From a bacterium (GTDB lineage Bacteria; Patescibacteriota; Minisyncoccia; Phycocordibacterales; CALRBL01), in NCBI GenBank assembly GCA_027487075.1, contig JAIYEG010000011.1, positions 1 through 61,763 on the forward strand: DNA of 61,763 bases, in the 5' to 3' direction. Each line of letters starts with the position of its first letter. Positions within the stretch are counted from its first letter, which is position 1. The position numbers were made by a program, and so were the translations under genes. This document shows positions 55,888 to 61,763 of this stretch, piece after piece. Under the pieces are notes generated by a model. It was not told the DNA's origin and did no database searches. It saw nothing but the letters and a program-made list of their open reading frames with translations.

Positions 55888-58086
55888 TCACATTCGATTT
55901 ATTGCGTCAATGCGTTTTTGTCCTTCTGCTTCGAAGTTTGGAGCTATCTTTATTACTTCGTTAATTTGCTGAATTGCTGCCTCCTTATCTCCATTGTTTA
56001 CTAGCTCCTCAGCATATTCAAGCTTGTACATAATTGCTTTCTGCAATCTATCTTGCAGCTTAATTGTATAATATGCTCGCAGCAACCGTAGATCACCCAT
56101 ATATTTTGTTCCCTTAAGTGGAAGTAATACTTGATCTGCCTCACCAAGCTTATTAGCATATATCAATCCTACCGCATACAGAAACCTCGCTTCATTATAC
56201 GATGGTGCGCTTTCATATGATTTTTTAAGATATGTTAAAGCTTTATCATACTGTTTTATATCCAAGTATAATGATCCGAGTTGCATAAGAATGGTTTGTT
56301 TTCGAGGACTCACTTCAAGAGCTTTCTCATAAGAAGAAGTCGCCATATCAATTTGTCCTATCTGTGCATAAAAACTTCCTATGAGCAGGTTGGTCCGAGC
56401 ATCTGGTGGTATATTATTTTTTATCTTTTCGATTTCCAGCATCAGCCTATTGTAATATGCTATCTTGAACTCATCTGAAACTTCAGGTGCACCTATCATT
56501 TGTGGTGCTGCAAGCAAAAACTGTTCTCTTACTTCTCCGATTCCCACCACACCATCATACGATAATGCTTTCTCATAAGATTTCAGTGATTCTTTGAGTG
56601 CTCGTTCACCAGCTCCCTGCTTTGCGTATGATTGAAACGTAAGACCTTGAATGAGTGATGATGCAGAGATATAAGGAGCAATAGTAAAATAATACAGTGA
56701 CACTATTCCCAATCCCACCGACACAACTCGTAAGAACATGATGTTTGCAGTTTCTTCTATCTTCACGTATTTGCTTTCTATTTTTTTATGTGACGCATCA
56801 ATAAACGCAAGAACACCAAAAAAGAGAATGTAGCTTGTTATACTATCAAACACAAAGAGGTTATGAATAAAATATGCTACAAGAAGAGCGGTCAGCAACA
56901 CTTTATCTGAAAATAGGAGACCCCATGATTCGTGATGATGTCTCTTTTTCCAAATCATTATAAGAGCAACACCAAAGAGTGCTAAGTATGCAATGAGACC
57001 AAGCAAGCCTCCTGCGATGAGCCAGTCAAGAAATACATTGTGAGCTCTATCAAACCACTGCTCCTGATCATAAATCTTAGGATCATAATATTTATCAAAT
57101 ACATAATTGAAATTTTCTTGACCCCATCCAAGAATCGGTCGTTCCTTAAAACCCTGTATAGCAATTCCCCAGATTCCCAAACGTCCTTTACCTTCTGTTG
57201 CCACCAACTGCTGTATTCCTTCGCTATCAAATGTTGCCAATTTTGCAAAGCGAGAGAGGAGAGGTTGATTCTTTACATAGTCACTATCTTTAAAAGACGC
57301 GAGCGCACCCATACTGAGTACTACTGCAATGAGCGCAGTAACGCCAAGAGTTCGAATACCCTTATGCTTTTCCCAAAACGCAAAAGCAACAGAAGCAATA
57401 AACGCACCGAATAATAGTCCCAAAAAAGCGCTTCGCGTACCTGTCTTATAGAGCACATACAGATTAAGAACAATGACACCAGCGTAAACCAACCCTATGA
57501 GCCACTTAGCTGCGAGATCACCCTTTCTTTGAATAAGTCGAGTTATAAGAAGTGCTGCAAAAAAAACATGGAACAACATGTAGATTCCGAGATATGTTGA
57601 GTTGCCCAAATTTGCAAATACACGACCTCCCTGACTCTTGGTAAGATCAAAACTGATAAACGCCATGATCACACTTGCTCCTAACGAGGTTTGAAAGAAG
57701 CGTATCCACAACTTTTCTTCGATGAATACCGCACTCAACATCACGAAGTAAGCAAACAGATGAAGATGAGTGAAGAAACCTTCCATTCTCTCAAAGTTTG
57801 ACCAGAACGATTTAAAGGGATAGACACCGAAAACATCTGCCGCAAAGATAACGGTAATAAATGAGAGGAATGCAATCGTGATCGTAGAAAGTTTTGGACG
57901 ATACCTCGGTTCACCTATGGCAAGTAATGCATACAAAACTGCAGCAATCTCAACAATGAGTCTAAAAAACAGATTCTTACCGGTAATATATGGGAAAAAG
58001 AGATTTGGACTCAGTATAAAACCCACAAAAGGGATGATGAACAAAAGGCCAATAACACCGTATCTTAAATAGGTTTGTGTGGGCAT
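55888..58086 (-). CDS. O-antigen ligase/polymerase-like (Wzy_C) polytopic membrane protein with C-terminal TPR repeats
   Basis: 732 aa with at least 10 predicted TM helices. The C-terminal ~230 aa are TPR-like repeats (YEKALEVSP..., YDKALTYLKKSYE...). Confidence 0.7.
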   Translation of the reverse strand: MPTQTYLRYGVIGLLFIIPFVGFILSPNLFFPYITGKNLFFRLIVEIAAVLYALLAIGEPRYRPKLSTITIAFLSFITVIFAADVFGVYPFKSFWSNFERMEGFFTHLHLFAYFVMLSAVFIEEKLWIRFFQTSLGASVIMAFISFDLTKSQGGRVFANLGNSTYLGIYMLFHVFFAALLITRLIQRKGDLAAKWLIGLVYAGVIVLNLYVLYKTGTRSAFLGLLFGAFIASVAFAFWEKHKGIRTLGVTALIAVVLSMGALASFKDSDYVKNQPLLSRFAKLATFDSEGIQQLVATEGKGRLGIWGIAIQGFKERPILGWGQENFNYVFDKYYDPKIYDQEQWFDRAHNVFLDWLIAGGLLGLIAYLALFGVALIMIWKKRHHHESWGLLFSDKVLLTALLVAYFIHNLFVFDSITSYILFFGVLAFIDASHKKIESKYVKIEETANIMFLRVVSVGLGIVSLYYFTIAPYISASSLIQGLTFQSYAKQGAGERALKESLKSYEKALSYDGVVGIGEVREQFLLAAPQMIGAPEVSDEFKIAYYNRLMLEIEKIKNNIPPDARTNLLIGSFYAQIGQIDMATSSYEKALEVSPRKQTILMQLGSLYLDIKQYDKALTYLKKSYESAPSYNEARFLYAVGLIYANKLGEADQVLLPLKGTKYMGDLRLLRAYYTIKLQDRLQKAIMYKLEYAEELVNNGDKEAAIQQINEVIKIAPNFEAEGQKRIDAINRM

Positions 58087-58089
58087 GAA

Positions 58090-59025
58090 CTAGAATATAA
58101 CACCAAAACGGTGATACAAAAAGCGCACTATCGGTTTAAGGTGTGTTACTTCAAGAAACTTAATGGCGTGTCGTCTCCAGCTCCAGCGACTCACTCTTAT
58201 TTTTGCAAGTAATCTCTGTTCAAAATCATTATCGATCTTAACTTTTTCTTTATTAGGCAACTTGTCGCAATCAAGATCATACGATGTCACCCCATCAAAA
58301 TCTCGAATATTTGTATGTGTTCCATACACACCTATATTTGTTACTAGATTTTTCGAAGGAACAATACACAACTGCTTATGAAGCACGCTTGCAAAAAGCC
58401 ATTGAATGTCCCATGTATTTGCTCGGCCATCATACGCCATATCGAAGTAATCACTAAAGAAACCAGCGACATTTTTATCTTTGAAAACCTCTTTTGCAAA
58501 CCCTTTGTTTTTTAATGATGGCCATTGCTTCATTTCTACATCCCACTTATTCCATGCCCTCCTCCACGTTGCCCATCCCCATATATATGTTGTTTGTGTA
58601 AAATAATACGTATCACGTGATTCACTTTCGAGCAGATTTGATCCCGTAATCATTCCCACTCTATTATCATTTTTATAACGCTCAAGCATCAAAGAAGTAA
58701 ATTCGAAAAAGGATGCGTTTGGCAAACAATCATCCTCAAGAATAATCCCTTCTTCAATGTGTTTAAAAAACCATGTAAGAGCAGATCCTACTGCCTGCTT
58801 ACAACCTAGATTTTTTTCTCGATAAAGCGTAAGGACTTCACACTCCCAATCTACGTTAATAACATTTCGAGCCTCTTGACATAGCCGGACATCATCTTCC
58901 TTATCTGTCCTTGGACCATCTGCAGCGACAAATAACTTGGTTGGCTTTACACTTCGAATTACTTCAAAAACTTGTTTGGTGTATTGAGGCCGATTAAAGA
59001 TAATAAATAAGACGGGCGTGTTCAT
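58090..59025 (-). CDS. Nucleotide-diphospho-sugar glycosyltransferase (GT2/HlpA-like)
   Basis: Start chosen at MNTPVLFIIFNRPQYTKQVFE. It has an EDDCLP acidic motif and is AT-rich. Confidence 0.6.
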   Translation of the reverse strand: MNTPVLFIIFNRPQYTKQVFEVIRSVKPTKLFVAADGPRTDKEDDVRLCQEARNVINVDWECEVLTLYREKNLGCKQAVGSALTWFFKHIEEGIILEDDCLPNASFFEFTSLMLERYKNDNRVGMITGSNLLESESRDTYYFTQTTYIWGWATWRRAWNKWDVEMKQWPSLKNKGFAKEVFKDKNVAGFFSDYFDMAYDGRANTWDIQWLFASVLHKQLCIVPSKNLVTNIGVYGTHTNIRDFDGVTSYDLDCDKLPNKEKVKIDNDFEQRLLAKIRVSRWSWRRHAIKFLEVTHLKPIVRFLYHRFGVIF

Positions 59026-59053
59026 AAACAAATTATACCTTATAATCACCTTC

Positions 59054-59920
59054 ATGATATCTATGAACGAATTCGGGGGGCGATTTGGAAACCACCTCTT
59101 TCAATATGCATTTCTAAGAACACACGCAAAAAATCTCTCAACAACCTTTTATTGTCCTTCATGGATGGGAGATCGTATCTTTTCCCTTAATGATTCATCT
59201 CTCAAATCACCTTTCACCCATCTTACTCACACCTATAGAGAGCAGGAATATCGACCTGGTTTTCATTCCGAGGCACTACTCATCAACGACAACACCAGTA
59301 TTACAGGGTTTTTTCAATCACCACAGTATTTTGACAAGATGGATGTAAAGAAATGGTTTACCTTTAAAGAAGAACTATTTACTTCTATAAAGAAGAAGTA
59401 TGCACATGTATCGTTTGAAACGAGTACCGCAGTCCACATACGACTTGGGGACTACACAACCCCTCAATTAACATTCTATACACCTCGTCCCTTTTATTAT
59501 AAAAACGCTATTGAACTTCTTGCTGCACAGACATCACTTATCATTTTTTCAGATGATCCAACACTTTCAAAAAAGTATCTTGGTGAAATTTCTAAACACG
59601 CAGTTTTTATTGAAGGAAACACATTTGAAGAAGATTTTTATTTAATGTCACAGTGCAAGCATTTCATATGTTCATCATCAAGTTTTAGCTGGTGGGCAGC
59701 ATATCTTGGCTCGCATCCAGAAAAAAAAGTTGTGGTTCCAAGCTCATGGTTTGTACCTGGCTGCCCCACAAAAAATGAAGATATCTTTATGGATGGGTGG
59801 ATCAAACTACAAGCACACTTCTCGTTTATTGATCACTACTATATTCGATTCATCCCCCACTACTCCCTTCGTGCAATCCGTAAAGTTTTTAAAAGCGTGG
59901 TATCAATGACTTCAAAATAA
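59054..59920 (+). CDS. GT11-family alpha-1,2-fucosyltransferase-like glycosyltransferase
   Basis: GGRFGNHLFQYAF at the N-terminus, VHIRLGDY, FSDDP, and SSSFSWWAAYL, which are the four GT11 signature blocks. The start is uncertain (59054 or 59063). Confidence 0.75.
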   Translation: MISMNEFGGRFGNHLFQYAFLRTHAKNLSTTFYCPSWMGDRIFSLNDSSLKSPFTHLTHTYREQEYRPGFHSEALLINDNTSITGFFQSPQYFDKMDVKKWFTFKEELFTSIKKKYAHVSFETSTAVHIRLGDYTTPQLTFYTPRPFYYKNAIELLAAQTSLIIFSDDPTLSKKYLGEISKHAVFIEGNTFEEDFYLMSQCKHFICSSSSFSWWAAYLGSHPEKKVVVPSSWFVPGCPTKNEDIFMDGWIKLQAHFSFIDHYYIRFIPHYSLRAIRKVFKSVVSMTSK

Positions 59921-61184
59921 ACAACGCATGCTTTCTTGTTTTCTTAAATAAAACAATTGAAAATGTTGCTGATACGTATGAGATAAGTGTTGCATACGCT
60001 GCACCGTCAATTCCATATAAAGGAATTAATATTACATTGAGCACGATATTGATGAGTGCTCCACAAACTGAAGTAAGGGCTGAAATTGCTGTAAAATTTT
60101 CTGTAACTAAGTATTGACTGAGAGCAAAACCGAGTGATGTTGCTATTCCTGCCCATACATAAATTCGAAGTGAACTCACCGCTCCAATAAATTCCTGTCC
60201 AAACAAAAACAAAACAGCATAATGTGCAAACACTGTCGTTGCAGCTGCAATACCGACAGGCAACCAAAACATAAGAAAGTATAACTTCTTAAGTCGTGCT
60301 TCATATAATTCTTGTCCAACCTTTTTTGCGTTTACGATTGCGGGAAACAAAGCTCCTGCGATTACACCTGGAATGAAGTACCATACTTCAGAAAGTTTGA
60401 CGGCAACTGCATATACACCCGCAGACTCATTACCTAACATATGCTTAACAATGATTTGATCGATGTCCATATATACCGTCACCGCTACACCAGAAAGCAT
60501 GAGTGGCAAAGAATCTTTTAAAATACTGATAGCGATACGCGGATCAAATCTCCATGCTTTAAAGGTGTGTCCCTTCTTAAAAAAGAAGTAAAGCAAGCCA
60601 AGCATGGAGAGAAGTCCTTCAAGGGTGTAGACACCCACCAACCATATAAGTCCTCCTCCTGCTATCATTATGACTACCTTGAGAAGTGCTGACACAACTC
60701 CCCCCGCAATCATTATGATAGTTGGGTATTTTGAGAGTACCTGAGACTGAAAATATGTATCAATGACACCAAAGGCGCTAAAAATATAGATAAGTGAGTA
60801 CAAAGAGATTAGTCCGATGAGCACTATGTCATCTGTGCTGAACCATGCGGCCAGCACCATAACAATAAAAGCAAGAACACTTCCACCAAACTTCAAGAAA
60901 AATGCGGTGCCAATAATCTCATCTTTTCGTGAATGATCTTTAATTATCTCTCTACTTAATACATTTTCAATTCCTAAGGAGGCAAGAAATCCAAAAAGGC
61001 CGACAAAGCTAAAAGTGTAATTGAGGAGGCCATAATTTTCTGGACCCAAATATCTCGCCATGTAGATATTAACGAAGAATGCGATTGCCATCACAAAAAT
61101 ACGCCCCGCAAACATCCAGCTCATGTTTGCAAAATAGCGTCTAAATCCTGTATGATTCCATTTTTCTATGACGTACGCGTACAT
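59889..61184 (-). CDS. Wzx-like polysaccharide flippase (MOP superfamily)
   Basis: About 430 aa with 12-14 TM helices and the typical N-terminus (FANMSWMFAGRIFVMAIAFFVNIYMARYLGPENYG). Confidence 0.75.
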   Translation of the reverse strand: MYAYVIEKWNHTGFRRYFANMSWMFAGRIFVMAIAFFVNIYMARYLGPENYGLLNYTFSFVGLFGFLASLGIENVLSREIIKDHSRKDEIIGTAFFLKFGGSVLAFIVMVLAAWFSTDDIVLIGLISLYSLIYIFSAFGVIDTYFQSQVLSKYPTIIMIAGGVVSALLKVVIMIAGGGLIWLVGVYTLEGLLSMLGLLYFFFKKGHTFKAWRFDPRIAISILKDSLPLMLSGVAVTVYMDIDQIIVKHMLGNESAGVYAVAVKLSEVWYFIPGVIAGALFPAIVNAKKVGQELYEARLKKLYFLMFWLPVGIAAATTVFAHYAVLFLFGQEFIGAVSSLRIYVWAGIATSLGFALSQYLVTENFTAISALTSVCGALINIVLNVILIPLYGIDGAAYATLISYVSATFSIVLFKKTRKHALFILKSLIPRF

Positions 61185-61207
61185 ATATTCATGGTAGCAT
61201 AAGAACA

Positions 61208-61763
61208 ATGGGATTAATAAAACAACTCAAACACACCTTGATATCACTCTTTTGTGTGATTCTCAAAAGAATTCCCCGCAAAAAATCATCGGGCACTCTT
61301 ATCGTCAAACTTGAGGTGTTAGGTGACTTTCTAATATTTCTTCCTTTTCTTGAACACTACCGACAAAATAATCCTAGGGAACACATCACCCTTCTCATTA
61401 ATCATCCTGCCAATCTTCCTATTGCCGAACGCTACCGAGCAAAAGGTTTTATTAATGAGATTATCCTGTTAAGTAATAGGCGCCTTAGTATCAATCCTCT
61501 ATATTTTTTATATATTTCGTATCGACTCTACTTCCGCCACTTCCAAAAGACGCTTCACCCTGTCTATTTTCGAAGGAATCTAGGTGATCTGCTAGTTGAA
61601 CTGACTCATGCACATGAAAGAATCGGTTTCTCTGGTTTTGATCATGACAGACATCACGTGCCTCTACCTGAAAACATATACACCAAGATTGTTACTCCCC
61701 CATCCTATAAATATAGTGAGTTTGAGAAAAATAAATTATTTTTGGAAATCATATTCAATAAAA
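61208..61763 (+). CDS. GT9-like (heptosyltransferase-family) glycosyltransferase, partial (runs off the right edge)
   Basis: Own translation: MGLIKQLKHTLISLFCVILKRIPRKKSSGTLIVKLEVLGDFLIFLPFLEHYRQNNP... resembles the GT9 N-terminus (I.....GD......P.l..lr...P). The frame is open to the window end. Confidence 0.45.
   Translation, partial: MGLIKQLKHTLISLFCVILKRIPRKKSSGTLIVKLEVLGDFLIFLPFLEHYRQNNPREHITLLINHPANLPIAERYRAKGFINEIILLSNRRLSINPLYFLYISYRLYFRHFQKTLHPVYFRRNLGDLLVELTHAHERIGFSGFDHDRHHVPLPENIYTKIVTPPSYKYSEFEKNKLFLEIIFNK

Overview
This 61.8-kb window looks like a streamlined, uncultivated bacterium. Patescibacteria/CPR-like is my inference, based on truncated housekeeping proteins (230-aa PheS, PheT without the tRNA-binding insert, ThrRS without its N-terminal domains, 747-aa SMC without a recognisable hinge), missing rimM/rplS next to trmD, and many membrane-anchored surface proteins. 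The backbone is housekeeping: a UvrD-like helicase, dnaG-rpoD, rpoB-rpoC, rpsP-khpA-trmD, rnr, smc, rnc, a nusB-Nudix fusion, rpmF, rnhB, dnaE, thrS, gyrB, pheST, secG, rnj and a cdaA-YbbR fusion. I saw no rRNA, tRNA or CRISPR array. The stand-out region is 13.4-22.5 kb, between rpoBC and trmD. It holds a tandemly duplicated five-gene cassette, all on the minus strand. Each copy encodes a small single-pass membrane protein, then three paralogous secreted proteins (short collagen-like Gly-X-Y run plus a phage-tail-collar/MdpB-like C-terminal domain), then a ~435-aa secreted Trp/Gly-repeat, Cys-rich protein ending in PGYGEF. All four promoters of the locus carry a 9-mer identical or nearly identical to the DnaA-box consensus at conserved spacing. 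Copy 2 is interrupted by an opposite-strand, GC-rich gene with a PEP-CTERM-like tail. Other accessory content: five compositionally foreign GC-rich single-gene units, each with its own terminator and most with a readable promoter; an IS200/RAYT-type transposase flanked by two identical 26-bp perfect palindromes that abut the stop codons of rnr and smc; a 57-nt repeated core, one copy inside a 115-nt inverted-repeat hairpin; a sortase with an IPATG-tailed triple-PKD substrate; a solitary MazF-like toxin; and an AT-rich glycan locus (Wzy/TPR protein, GT2-like, GT11 fucosyltransferase, Wzx, GT9). All calls come from reading the sequence and ORF translations. No database search was run.
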